In this document: piece by piece, positions 43,496-56,724 of the stretch
Numbering within the stretch: the first letter of the stretch is position 1
Layout of the letters: every line of letters starts with the position of its first letter
From: Octopus vulgaris
Lineage: Eukaryota
DNA: 64,000 nt
Assembly: GCA_951406725.2 (NCBI GenBank)
Contig: OX597824.1
Span: forward strand, 15,686,001 to 15,750,000
Reading direction: 5' to 3'
Translations under genes and position numbers: made by a program
Notes under the pieces: generated by a model
The model's input: only the letters and a program-made list of their open reading frames with translations
What the model was told of the DNA's origin: nothing
The model's database searches: none

Positions 43496-43856
43496 CAATA
43501 ATATATCAATAATGATAAGGAAACGTCAAAACTCATAAAATGAACAACAGCAACAACGACGACAACAACATCAATATCAATAAAATCGAACCGCGTATTG
43601 ATTTGCCTCTAGAGTGTTCTCTTCAGAAACACACACGCGCATGCGCAAAAACATGTAACTATATACATGCATACATACATACATACATACATACATACAT
43701 ACACACATACATACATACATACATACATACATACAGAGAAGCAGAGACAGGCACACACACACACACACATACACACACGTATATTATATATATACTGTAT
43801 AGATATCTGCATATTTACGTATATATAAATACACACTATCTATCTATACACACATC

Positions 43857-43926
<70 letters not shown>

Positions 43927-43949
43927 TATATAAATATTATTGTATTCTT

Positions 43950-44263
43950 TTATTCTTTTCTTTGATTCTGTCATTTGACTGTGGCCATGCTGGAGCACAG
44001 CATTTAGTCGAACAAATTGACCCCAGGACTTATTCTTTGTAAGCCTAGTCCATTTTGCCGAAACGTTTAGTTACGAGACGTAAACACACCATCATCGGTT
44101 GTCAAGCGATGGTGGAATGGGGGTACAAACGCTAAATCCACTCGCAAGGCTTTGGTCGGCCCGAGGCTATAGTAGGAGACACTTGCCGAAGGTTTCACGC
44201 AGTGGAAGTGATCTCGGAACCATGTGGCTGGTAAGCTACTTACCACACAGCCACTCCTGTGCC
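43950..44263 (-). mobile_element. SINE C, internally deleted
   Basis: Family C head and tail. Confidence 0.85.
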
Positions 44264-44512
44264 TATATATATATATATATACGCAAATATATATATATAT
44301 GTGCGTATCTACACAAATACATATATAAACACACACACAAACACACACACACACTCACAGACATCCACACATGCATAACCAACAAATACACATATCGATA
44401 ATTCCACTTCTCTAAAACCCTTTATATTTGGCAGAAAAAATCCGAGAGAGATTTTTACACCAGTTATCGAAATATTTTCTAATATATACTTTAAAGATTT
44501 TCCGTTACTGTT

Positions 44513-44551
<39 letters not shown>

Positions 44552-44557
44552 TGTTTC

Positions 44558-44713
44558 TGCGTGGCTGTGTGGTAAGAAGCTTTCTTAACAACTACATGGT
44601 TCCGGGTTCAATCCCACTACGTGGTACTTTGGGCAAATGTCTTCTACTATAGTCTCGGACCGACGAATGACTTGTGAGTGAATTTGGTAGACGGAAATTG
44701 AAAGAAGCCCGTC

Positions 44714-44766
<53 letters not shown>

Positions 44767-44769
44767 TAC

Positions 44770-44827
<58 letters not shown>

Positions 44828-45000
44828 ATTTATGTGTGTGTACCTCTGTGCCTGTGTTCGTCTTCCCCACTATCGCTTGACAACCGATGTTGGTGTGTTT
44901 ATGTCTCTGAAAGTCCTGGAGTCGATTTGTTCGAGTAAAGGCAGTGCTCCAGCATGGCCGCAGTCTAATGACTGAAACCTGTAAAAGAGTAAAAGAGTAA
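44558..45000 (+). mobile_element. SINE C
   Basis: Family C head and tail; divergent from 43950-44263. Confidence 0.85.
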
Positions 45001-45256
45001 ATGGAGTCATGAAAAAATACAATAAAAAAAAATTGTTTTATAGACAAAACAGAATAAGCAGCAATTAATCAATGAATGCCAAAATAGAATCCCTTTGACG
45101 ATCAATGTAAAATTCTTACAAATATTTAAATCCAATAAAAAAACTGGATGCTGTGTATCGGTAGAACGTTTCCCAGAAAATTTGCAAACATAAATCCAGT
45201 ATTTCATAAATTCCAGCAAATATTTTTGATTTTCAATTTTTGATTTATATTTGCTT

Positions 45257-45309
<53 letters not shown>

Positions 45310-45769
45310 GCACACACATTATTCCACTTCAATATATCTCCTCTTTCAGAATGTTGAGTATTGCAAGGCTCTCTTCTCTTTTGCGGAAAGAACAGACCTG
45401 GAATTTTTGCAACTGAAATTCCAAGCATGTGTCTCCAATGTCTACCTTTCAGCTTTCATTCCTGCTTTGGCAACATCTGTACGGTTCCCATCCTCATTCA
45501 AAGAACAACACACTAGTTTCCACTCGTCTTGGTTCCCTTTAAGTAACGATGGAAGGACCGTTTCTATAGTTACAGCAAGCCAGATATAGTCGCAACATTT
45601 TTAGCTCAGCGCAGAATAAAAAAATGTAATGGAGTTTAATTATTCTTTTTTATAAACTCTTTACATAACTGGCTTTACGTTATAAATACATACACACACA
45701 CAGAGGCACACACATATATATATACTTGCACACACACACAAGTATATATAAAAGTGAGTGTGCAAGACA

Positions 45770-45801
<32 letters not shown>

Positions 45802-45931
45802 CACATATATACATATATATATATATACTTGCACACTCACACATATGCACACGCGTATATATATATATAATATATATATATACATGCATATATATTTATG
45901 GATATATATATGTGCGTGTTTGTGTGTGTGT

Positions 45932-46188
45932 GAAGGTGCGTGGCTTAGTGGTTAGGTCATTTGGCTCACGATAATGCGGTCGAGAGTTCAATTCCCAGTG
46001 ATGCAATTGTGTCCTTGAGCAAGACACTTTATTTCACATTGCTCCAGTCCACTCTTCTGGCAAAATGGGTTGTACCTGTATTTTCAAAAGGCCAGACTTG
46101 TCACACTCTATGTCACGCTGAATCTCCCTGAGAACTACGTTAAGGGCACATGTGTCCGTAGAGTGCTCAGCCTCTTGCACGTTAATTT
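45932..46188 (+). mobile_element. SINE family B
   Basis: Similar to 22736-23059. Confidence 0.85.
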
Positions 46189-46209
46189 ATGCATACATAT
46201 TTATTTATA

Positions 46210-46450
46210 GAAGCCATAGCCACACATAATAAAAAGGAATACTCGTATAATGTCCCAATGTAGACCTCAATAAAATGTAAGCACAACAGACCTGATATAA
46301 TGATTTGGGGTAGAGAAGAGATATTGTGCACAGTTGTGGAAATTAGCTGAAAAGCAGTGAAATAGAGAACACCTATGTTGAACTATTGACAAATCTGCAG
46401 TTCAGATTTATACCTGTAAATATTGTGGGTCTGGGATATATAACACTAAT
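46210..46450 (+). pseudogene. Decayed restriction-like endonuclease (RLE) fragment of an R4-type retrotransposon
   Basis: Reads ...TSIKCKHNRPDIMIWGREEILCTVVEIS (PD...E motif). Confidence 0.75.
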
Positions 46451-46854
46451 ATATACATACGTTAATATATTCATACATATTTATTTATAGATATGTGTGT
46501 AGATGTAGTGTATATTTAGATACATATAACAAGAATAGAGATTTAAAGAATCAAATAGTACTCTCCATATGCTCTTCGCCTGGTGCGTATCTATCACGAA
46601 AATCCGTGGTTAAGGATAGGATACAACCTCATCGTCGTTCTGAAATTTCCTGAATCGCAATGATGGAGAGTATGGAGAGTACGGAGAGTACGGAGAGTCG
46701 ACCACATATAAGACATGGGGAGAATTCGTGCATATTCCATTTGTTAACAGCGTCGCTCATGGAACTAAAAGAGACTGCGAAACAACTGCGAACAAATGGA
46801 ATGAACACTTATTCTCTCACGTGACATCTCTTAGTTGATCATTGTATATTCATA

Positions 46855-47190
46855 CTAGCAGTATCGCCCGGCGTTGCTCGGGTTTGTAAGGGAAATAACT
46901 ATATAAGCATTTTTAGAGATGTAAAGTATAATAGCCATCTCAATATGGCTAACCACAAAAGGGGGGGGTGTTACTGTAGCTTTTTACGTTCTGAGATTTA
47001 ATAATACATTTTTAGAGAGTTACTTCCCTTATATAATAGCAAAAAAAATGCATTAATACCCAGAAGGGCTCGATATGAATCACGACTATCAGATACCCGC
47101 TTTTGGTTACACTGCACCGCAAAATGTGGGAGTAGTTAGGAATCTAAATCGGAGGAGACAGACACACAACTTGACTTTTATATATAAAGA
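46855..47190 (-). mobile_element. Non-autonomous Helitron
   Basis: Minus strand A|TCTTTATATATAAAAG ... hairpin CCCGAGCAACGCCGGG ... CTAG|T, no TSD. Confidence 0.85.
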
Positions 47191-47409
47191 TATGTGTGTG
47201 TGTATGTATATCATTATACAGTTTATTTCAAGCTTTCTTGCCAATAGAGAAAGTGCCGGTTTCTAACCTAGATCCAAGGCTCCTTCATTGGAATTTCAAC
47301 ATCAACAACAGGGTATTTTTGTATGTATGTATGTATGTATGTTTTATGTATATTTTCTCATGCATATAGGTACGTATGAAGGCATGCTCATATATATATA
47401 TGAATGATA

Positions 47410-47960
47410 AACATCTGGAAAGTTTTACAGATTTTTACAGTTCCAGTGATGGATTGGATCTGTAGTCTTCGAATTAGCTTTCTCCTCTCTGGTTTTGAGA
47501 AGCCTAATTCCTCAAGATTGGTATTTAGGCAGTGTGTTACCTATATATCCCAGGGCCCCAATATTTACAGGTAGAAATCTGAACTGCAGATTCGTCAATA
47601 GTTCAGCATATGTTTTCTCTTTTTCACTGATCTTCAGCTTCCTGTTAACATCCACTGGGCAACTAATTTCCACAACTGTGTACAGTTTCCCTTCTCTATC
47701 GCAAATCCTTATACCAGGTATGTTGTGCTTACATTTTATTGATGTATCTACTGGGACATTCCACAACTGCTTATGATGTGGCTGATACCTTCAGTGTCTA
47801 TTCCACAAAGTCTGCATCGGTTGTCACCTTTTACTATTTTTCCTGCATCTCTATCCCTTTTGTGCACCAAGTACTAGGGTTGATATTTCCTGTTCCTGGA
47901 TTCCAAACGTATACCCTTCATAGAAATCCGGCAATTGGTCCATGATAAACTGCTTTGATG
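47410..47960 (-). pseudogene. Decayed RLE domain of an R4-type retrotransposon
   Basis: ORF 47512-47766: WNVPVDTSIKCKHNIPGIRICDREGKLYTVVEISCPVD...KTYAEL...PVNIGALG. Confidence 0.8.
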
Positions 47961-48049
47961 ATCAATGTTACTATCATCACGGAGCTTTTTACTAAAATAT
48001 CCATGCATAGTCTTCTATACTAACATATCCATGATGTATGTATGCATGC

Positions 48050-48107
<58 letters not shown>

Positions 48108-48132
48108 ATATGTATATATGTATATATATGTA

Positions 48133-48196
<64 letters not shown>

Positions 48197-48209
48197 GTTT
48201 ATATATTTG

Positions 48210-48465
48210 TTGTGCAAGATTTTTTATGTGAAGTCGTGTGTTGAAACAGATACAAAATGGCAGACGGTTAATAAGGAGAGACACAAATAAGAAAGAAGAA
48301 AACAAAGGACCACTGATGCGGTCACAGGAGTGTGACGAAAGAACTCTGGCCGAAATAAGATTAAGATTAATGTAATAAATAAATAACACTGAAGCAAAGT
48401 AACACCAAATATATAGTGCGTGTGTTTTTATTGGCTAAACTGGCAAAATGACCATTCCGAAATAT

Positions 48466-48470
<5 letters not shown>
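48210..48470. mobile_element. PLE-like repeat (subfamily i) with internal inversion and hammerhead motif at 48310-48349 (+)
   Basis: cca CUGAUGC g GUCAC-aggagu-GUGAC GAAAG aa CUC ugg; the two halves are inverted relative to the 548-655 copy. Confidence 0.7.
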
Positions 48471-48561
<91 letters not shown>

Positions 48562-49024
48562 CTCCATCTCAACACTTGTCAATCGGTGTTGGTGTCTTTA
48601 CTTATCAGTCATATCAAAAACTTAGCGGTACGGCCAAAGTGTCCGATAGAATAAGTACCAGATTATTAAAAACAATATTCAAATGGATTTGTTCGGCTGA
48701 AGCCCTTCAACGCCGTGCCTCAGCATGGCCGCAGCCGAATGGCTGAAACAATTAAATGATATACCACCAAGTGATTGCCCAGAATTAGTTCTGCCGAACA
48801 AAACGTGTTTGGAGATTTATTTAGTCCAACGCACGCCCTTTTAAACTGATGTAAACGTAGCAATTCATCATGTATTGATGAATATAATATATACCAGACA
48901 AAATGTCGGGATTCATATAATAGATGGATATTCTTAAAGAGAGGGATTCTTCTAATCACAATCTCATGACTGAGTTCTGCAAAATAATCCTTTCCACTAG
49001 GCACGTGGTCCGACATTTTATGAG

Positions 49025-49252
49025 AAACCAGTCGATTACATCGACCCCAGGGCTGAAATGGTGCATATTTTATCGACCCCGAAAGAATGAAAGGCAAAGT
49101 CGACCGCGATGGAATTTAAGTTCTCTACGTAAAGACGGAAGAAATGCCGATAAGCATTTTGTTCGGGCTATCCAGAACGTAAAGTTCAGAACGTCAAGAC
49201 GGAAGAAAAGCCGCTAAGCATTTTGTCCGGCGTGCTAGCTATTCTACCAGCT
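49025..49252 (-). mobile_element. SINE D remnants with partial duplication
   Basis: TTTATCGACCCCGAAAGAATGAAAGGCAAAGTCGAC. Confidence 0.75.
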
Positions 49253-49564
49253 CGATCATTATGGCCACAACGTCCATTTTTTCATACTTGCATCGGCTGG
49301 AGCTTCTGCAGACTGATTCCCTTCTTGTCAATTCAGTTACATATAATTAACTTTCATAAAATGCGCAAATTATATTTCAACTTTCCTAATTTCTAGAACA
49401 GATATATGATATCTCGTTTTTGTATTTGGTTTGCAAGATTCTTTATAGGAGTTCGTGTGTTGAAGCATAGACTGTTCTGCCTGGGGAAAGTCATTTTCTT
49501 TTTGTACCTTATAGTGTAACATACTCACCGGTAAAATTTCCACTTATTTCGTATTTTTATTTTC

Positions 49565-49601
49565 CTAAAATTTTCGTTGCGTCTTGCAATCTTTTCAATA
49601 G
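49565..49601 (-). ncRNA. Hammerhead motif, U3:A8 variant
   Basis: cua UUGAAAA g AUUGC-aagac-GCAAC GAAAA UUU uag. Confidence 0.6.
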
Positions 49602-49678
49602 ACTCGACTCTGTCCGTTATTTACACTGCGTTCCTTTTCGTTTGTTGAACGCAGTGTAAATAACGGACAGAGTCAAGA

Positions 49679-49715
49679 CTATTGAAAAGGTTGCAAAACG
49701 CAACGAAAATTTTAG
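49679..49715 (+). ncRNA. Hammerhead motif, U3:A8 variant
   Basis: cua UUGAAAA g GUUGC-aaaac-GCAAC GAAAA UUU uag. Confidence 0.7.
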
Positions 49716-50646
49716 GAAAATAAAAATAAGAAATAAGTGGAAATTTTACCGGTGAGTGTGTTAAATTATAAGGCACAAAAAGAAAATGAATCTCCCCAGA
49801 CACAACAGAATATATGATATTCATAAGCCTTACTATGAAATTTAAAAAAGAATTTTTAAAAAGTTCTTATATTTAGTTTACCTATCATCATTTGAACCCG
49901 GTTATATTCTATGCTTAATGAGCTAAAAATTGGTTCATGAAGTCAACCACGCAAAATAATATTGGAGAGACAAATCATACAAGCCACTATTTTTGTTGTT
50001 GTTATTTGTCAATCCCAATATGAGCAGCTGATTCAATGCTGTGTGAAGGCCCTCCTGGGGGTAGAAAGGTCTTAAGGAGTCGGATAATTTAGTACAGTAG
50101 TTATTTTACCCTCAGTTTTCTGAAGTTCTAAGCGTATACGCGGCTAGGAATTTCCGGATGAAATGGCTGTTGTTGAACGAAATGGAAATGAATGAAAACG
50201 AAGTTTTAGTGACAGATGAGGTAGAGAGAAAGAGAAAGGAGAAAGGGAGGAAAGGAAATAAAGAGAGAGGGAGGGAGGAGAGAAAGAGAGGAAAAGGTAG
50301 AAGGGGGGAGAGATAGATAGATAGAGAAGGAAGGAGTGAGAGGGTGGGACAGAACTAGCGAATGCCTCTTCCTAAATTTGAGATGTAAATATACCATAGC
50401 GAATAAATTAAGAAATGGCTAACATCTACGAAAGGGTTTGTCTTTGTTAAATTGGAAATAGTTTTAGCAAAATGTATCACTATTATTTTGTTGCTTTGAA
50501 AGAATTACTGTAGCGTCGAAGAAATAATATACAGGTATTTCTTTTCGTCTCTTTATATTTTGAGTTCAAATTCCTTCGAGTTGTACGATGCCTTTTCTAT
50601 CCCTCAGGAATTGGCAAAATATGTGTGTGTGTGTGTGTTGTGTGTG

Positions 50647-50694
<48 letters not shown>

Positions 50695-50884
50695 ATAGGC
50701 CAGCAGAGGTAATAAAATCATGTAAGTGCACTTTCTGTTGGCTGTTGAATGTTTTGGAATGTTGAGGTTCTTGCATTTACCTGATGAAAACGGTTTTGTC
50801 TAATGCTATAATGTGTCCAGCTCGTTGGGAACAGCTGTAGTGAATTGACACATTATCCATCTGTCGTTGTATATATATATGTTG

Positions 50885-51082
50885 ATTCGCTAGCTTCTGC
50901 ACGCATTTTTTTCTCTCCTTGTTTCTTTCCGTGTTTCTTTTCTGTGTATCTTTCTGTTGAAGAGCGTAGGCTCGAAACGTAAAAGACTTGTTTTATTTAT
51001 ATTCCTGAGCGCCATACTAATACAATTGTTTGTTTATATTCCACCTGCCTTCGTCTTTTGTTTATTTTCATAAAGCTTCCCG
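50885..51082 (+). mobile_element. PLE-like short repeat with hammerhead at 50949-50986 (U6 variant)
   Basis: ucuuu CUGUUGA a GAGC-guag-GCUC GAAAC GUA aaaga. Confidence 0.72.
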
Positions 51083-51141
<59 letters not shown>

Positions 51142-51146
51142 TATAC

Positions 51147-51195
<49 letters not shown>

Positions 51196-51213
51196 TGTAT
51201 GTATGTATGCATG

Positions 51214-51245
<32 letters not shown>

Positions 51246-51898
51246 GAAAGAGAGAGAAAGATTCTTGGTGTGGAATCGTGTGTTGAAACAGATATTGTTA
51301 TATTTGGGGTTATATTTTACCATGTTTGCGTGTTTGTATACATGCAAACTACAACATTACTGTGGAGTTCTATCAGTACAGAATACACAAATAAGAACTG
51401 CTGTGTTCCAGTATGTCTTGAAATCATTTCTTCTTTTCCATTCTCACCGACACCTTAATATACCTTTAAGGAACAACACAACTTCATTAGAAATAGCGTA
51501 ATTTGAAAATATATACGAAATCATGAAAAATAGAAATTCAAAATTACTCAAAGTTTAACTGAAACTATTTTGCTCACAAGACATCTGCAAAAAAAAAGAA
51601 CCACTGTACAGGAATGCAAGAAGATCGTGGAACAATTCTGACCATTTTTGATAAACTGAAGTTTGTATAGGAATATAAAGAATTAGAAAGAAAAATATAC
51701 TTTAGGATCTTGAAAGATTAAAAGTAATACTCCAGTAAGATGTTTGGTAGACTTGTCATCTTAGTTCAATTCTGTAGCTTCGAAATAATAAAAGATCCAG
51801 AGTAAAAATGGCTTATAAAATAAGAAAAATAATCGACATCCGTGGAATGCTTCATATAAAGCCAGATGTCATCTGACAGTGTATGCATGCTCTGTCAC

Positions 51899-51976
<78 letters not shown>

Positions 51977-52101
51977 ACATACATACATACATACATACAC
52001 ACATACATATATACTTACATACATACATACATAAATATATATATACATAATACATACATACATATATACATAATACATAGATGCATACATACATACATAC
52101 A

Positions 52102-52135
<34 letters not shown>

Positions 52136-52347
52136 CATACATACATACATATATACATACATACATACATATATACATACATACATACATTCAAGAAGAG
52201 ACCTTAAAAAATTATTTCGTTCTCAGTTCGTAAGTGAAACCTGGTCTTGCTCAACACAACATGCAAGACACAGATTATGAATAAAACATTAAAAAAATAA
52301 TAAATAAATTTAAAAATAAAAATTCTGGAAGTAGCTGCTGCTGCTGT

Positions 52348-52380
<33 letters not shown>

Positions 52381-52504
52381 GACTACTACTACTACCACCA
52401 CAACCAACGCCACCACCAGCAGCACCACCACTACCATCACCACCACCACCAGCACCACCACCAACTTCACACCATCACCACCACGCCCACACCACTTCTA
52501 TCAT

Positions 52505-52586
<82 letters not shown>

Positions 52587-53151
52587 ACTACTACTACTAC
52601 AACAACTACTACTACTTCTACTACTACTACAACATTAAACCATGCAATATGTTGAAGTCGGCTAGCCAATTATTTAACCCAAACTTTCACCAACCCGATT
52701 AGAATCTTAGAAAAGAGACATCGCCATCAACATCATTTTTATCATCATCACAAGAATCATTATTACCAATTTCTAAAGTTCTTCCTTTCCGCAAGACTTG
52801 CGTTGCATCTCAGAGTGCGCCCTCTGGTTATTGTGATTTCTGCTTCTATCATATCTAATTATCTGTAAGTTATAAAGGATGGATGATTTATATGGATTTA
52901 CATTCTCTCAGATAAGCAGCTAAAAAGCTGAAGGACCCTGGGTCTGTCGAGGAGACTCTGAGGGACCATTTTCTGGAGGAGATTCTATGACGTGCTAATT
53001 GACCCATAGGTATGTATGTATATAAGTACATATGTATGTATGTCCTGAATATGGCTTTAAACTGCTTCCGGTAGTGGGGCCCAAGTTCGGAAGTTTCGGG
53101 ATTTTATTGAGTGTAGGATTACTTTTTTATCACTATTATTCTCGGGTCTGT

Positions 53152-53491
53152 GAAGGCTCATGGCTCAGTGGTTAGAGCGTAGAGATTACGACCGTCAGGT
53201 TGTGAGTTCGAATCCCGGACCGGGCTGCGTGTTGTGTTCCTGAGCAAGACACTTTATTTCACATTGCTCCAGTTAACTCAGCTGTAGAAATGGGTTGCGA
53301 CATCACTGGTGCCAAGCTGTATCGGCCCCTTTGCCTTCCCCTTGGATAACATCCGTGGTGTGGAGACGGGAGGCTGGTATGCATGGGCGACTGCTGTCCT
53401 TCCATAAACAACCTTGCCCGGACTTGTTTGTACCTCGGAGGGTAACTTTCTAGGTGCAATCCCATGGTCATTCATGACCGAAGGGGGTCTT
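53152..53491 (+). mobile_element. tRNA-derived SINE family E
   Basis: A box TGGCTCAGTGG, B box GAGTTCGAATCC, GAGCAAGACACTTTATTTCAC core shared with family B, distinct tail. Confidence 0.85.
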
Positions 53492-53927
53492 CTGAATTCT
53501 ATTCCCAGGTCTATCTGACCCGAAGTAGTAGCAACATTTTTAGAAAACGTAATAACAGAGTTTATCTTGTAAATTCCAAACTAGAGAACAAAAAAAAAAC
53601 CGCATAAAATTAATAAAAATAAAAAAGAACGACATGAATTTCTGGAACAATTTATTTTTATTTTTGTCAGCAAAATTTGTTTAAAAAAAATAAATTACTG
53701 GCTAAAGAAAACTCTAATCCTCCTCCTCCCCTACTCTTCATATGATCCATTACATCATTTATCTGATACGATTAATTACAATTATGTGAATCAACATAAA
53801 CCTGTATAATCCCGAAGGCATGCGAGTTAATCAGATGCCATTTGTAGAGAATACTGTTTTTTTTTTTCTCCATACAGCTGAAGGATTAAGAGCTACAGTT
53901 GAAGTTACATGCTTAGAGATTCGTGAG

Positions 53928-53999
<72 letters not shown>

Positions 54000-54695
54000 T
54001 GGTGATTAATTAAAATTAACTATTAACCTTTTATTGACGATGACACAATCAAAGAGTGACAACACGTCAGCAACAACTACAGCTAAGACGACGACTTTCG
54101 ACGACAAAAACAATAGTCAAATGCCAACCACTAAATGACCGACTACATATGCTAGAAATAGCAACTAAATACACCACAAATCACACACTAGTGTCATTTG
54201 TACATCATAGATGTACAACATTAATGGAGAAAAGCTGGATGCTCAGAGTTGAAATACTTTTTTCCATAATCCAGCTCGATTACAGCTAAATTTGGACTAA
54301 ACATTTAACAATATTAAAAAGGAAAGAAATATTCTGACTAGGCCATATTGCAAGGGAGGTAATCTAGTCGATTTAAATGCCACTCGTAGTGATCTGATAC
54401 TTTGTGTTATCAAACACACCATGCGGTAAAATATAATCGATTCTAGGAGAATTTGATCGATAAATTCGTCTAACTAATGGAATGCTGCAGGGTTTTGCTT
54501 ATGTTTAAAAACTTCGCTCAATTGTTACACAAGCAATTAAAATAAACACGTTCTAGTGGTGTATAAAAACATAATTATTAAGAAACGCTAATAAGATCTC
54601 TTCAATAAAAACATTGGGGTAAATGTTTCTTTCTTATTTGAACTCCTCTGTGAAACATTTCAGCTGAGTGTGCGGAAACTAAAACTTTTTATTTT

Positions 54696-54739
54696 AGCAT
54701 GACTAAATCGGCTTCTTAGAGACATTGAAACCGGTAGCT
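54696..54739 (+). ncRNA. Candidate hammerhead motif, A3:U8 variant
   Basis: agc AUGACUA aau[15 nt]auu GAAAC cg GUA gcu; stem II weak. Confidence 0.45.
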
Positions 54740-55017
54740 CATTTTGACGGAAATGTAAAAACTTCCTTTTTTTGTTTCTATGATAAATTTCTCTAATATT
54801 TTCTATATTTTGTTGTTTTAGTATGAATTTACTCGTGTAAAACCCCTTAACCTTATCTCTCTTTTTATATATATGTGTATATGTATACATGCATGCACAT
54901 ATACATATATATATCTATACACATTCATACACATATATATATACACGTATGTATCTATGCATATATATATATATGTGCTTGTGTATATATGTGTGTGTAT
55001 GTATATGTATGTGCGTG

Positions 55018-55053
<36 letters not shown>

Positions 55054-55921
55054 TAGAGAGAGAGAGAACGAAACAGAAAAAGAGACACAGAGAAAGGGAG
55101 GGAGACAAGAGAGGCCCAGACATGGTTGTGTTGTTAAAGTGTTCGCTTTGCAACCACGTGGCTTCCGGCTTATCTCCAATGCGTGCCATATTGGGCTATT
55201 CTAATTTGCTATAGCCCCGGGACAACTGGTACTTTGTGAGTGAATTTGCGTGACGGAATCAGTGCAAAGCCAGTTGTATGTGTGCCTCTGTACGTGTGTG
55301 TGTGTGCGTGTGTGTGTGTGTGGAAGGAGAGAAAAAGAGTGAGATAAATAGATATAAATATGTGTGTATGTGTATGTATAATATGACTACCGCCACCATC
55401 ACTACCATCAAAACACAAACAACACCAGCAGCCATAACCGTCACAAATTCCACCACCACCACCATCACCACCACCACCACCACCACCACCACCACCACCA
55501 CCACCTCCAGTACCACTCTCTCCATCACACTTCTGAAAATCCTTTTTGAGTCTTTTCCCACTACATCCTTTGCTTTTAAATTTCTTGTAATTTTCATTGT
55601 TTTTTTTTAAATATGTCATGTTTATGGGGCTTTTCGGGGGCGGGGATTGATATGAGGTTTGCTTATTTTTCTAACCATATTGATTTTAACTATGATTTCT
55701 TCGGAATTTAGAGTAGTTCTAAGAACTAGTGTTGCTCACATGGGAACGACGTGTGCTAATTAAATCTCCATTTTGTATTTGATCGTTTAATCTACCATTT
55801 GGTCCACCATTTTAAAGGCATTTCTTTTGAACTTTATTCAGGAGTATTCGTAATCATCATCAGTACATTCCTCTCTCTCACTCTCTTTCTCTCTCTCTCA
55901 GATACACACACCTACACGTTA

Positions 55922-56131
55922 TGTGGGGTGCTGAAAAGAACCTGGCTTTAGGCAAAAGAAAATACAGGGTGAAGCAGTTAATTATGATTTTATTCAACAT
56001 ATTTCTGTCTCAGATTCACACACTTATTGTAGCAGTCCTTCAGTTCTCAGTAAAAGAACTCGGAAGACTGGGCCTTCAACCAGGCCTTTCGTGACAACCC
56101 TTAAAGCCAGGACCTTTTCAGCACCCCCTCA
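55922..56131. mobile_element. Mariner-like MITE
   Basis: TIRs TGTGGGGTGCTGAAAAGAACCTGGCTTTA / TAAAGCCAGGACCTTTTCAGCACCCCCTCA, TA flanks. Confidence 0.82.
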
Positions 56132-56576
56132 TATGATTTTGCTTAACCATAACGTTACAAAGTACCAGTTGTTACAGTTCCATATATTGATATTTTGCAG
56201 CATTAGTAAGTAAGGCAGCGGTGATGACGTCTAAGTTGTTAGATGTCCTCGATTTCGGACTATTATGTAACTCAACAGATCCATAAAGAACACAATATTA
56301 ATTGATAAATAAACGACAAAAATATATAAGGACACAGGAAATGTGTCAAGGCCGACAGGAAGCGTCGATGCTTCCTAGGGCTAAACAGCGGTGGTATAAT
56401 TCCCTTACAGGACTGTCACGTAAAGTTGACAGTATACAACCACTCGACAAAAGAATAGGAAATACGATATTACTTCACTTATCTTACAACTGTTTCTGCC
56501 ATGGAGACCTGTGTACCCAGAGTCAAGTGCCGTTGCGACAGAATAGATAATGTTTTATAGGATATATGATTTAAGT

Positions 56577-56724
56577 CAGTCGCGGGTAAACTGTGGCCCG
56601 CGGGACATTGTGAATGGCACGTCTCACAAAACATGCTTTGATTTTTTTTTTTTAATAATGCGGCCTGCCTGATGATGAACCATGTTTCATGTGGTTCATT
56701 TCTCGGAAAAGGTGTCCATGTCTG
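56577..56724. mobile_element. hAT (Charlie-like) MITE
   Basis: CAG...CTG termini, GGCCCGCGGG subterminal motif, 8-bp TSD ATTTAAGT at 56569-76 and 56725-32. Confidence 0.8.

Larger units (their letters stand above)
49415..49813. mobile_element. Palindromic PLE-like repeat (subfamily ii) carrying two U3:A8 hammerheads
   Basis: Arms ~49466-49633 and 49647-49813, 13-nt spacer. Confidence 0.85.

Noticed and set aside
45340-45589. Possible exon after CTCTTTCAG
   Set aside because: No recognisable homology or partner exons
47260-47300. Minus-strand AUGAAGGA gccu...aggu GAAACCGG
   Set aside because: Core spacing, 3:8 pairing and UH triplet are not satisfied
52192-52249. Hammerhead-like caa GAAGA...GAAAC cug GUC uug
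   Set aside because: C3 and U4 are missing; at best a decayed remnant
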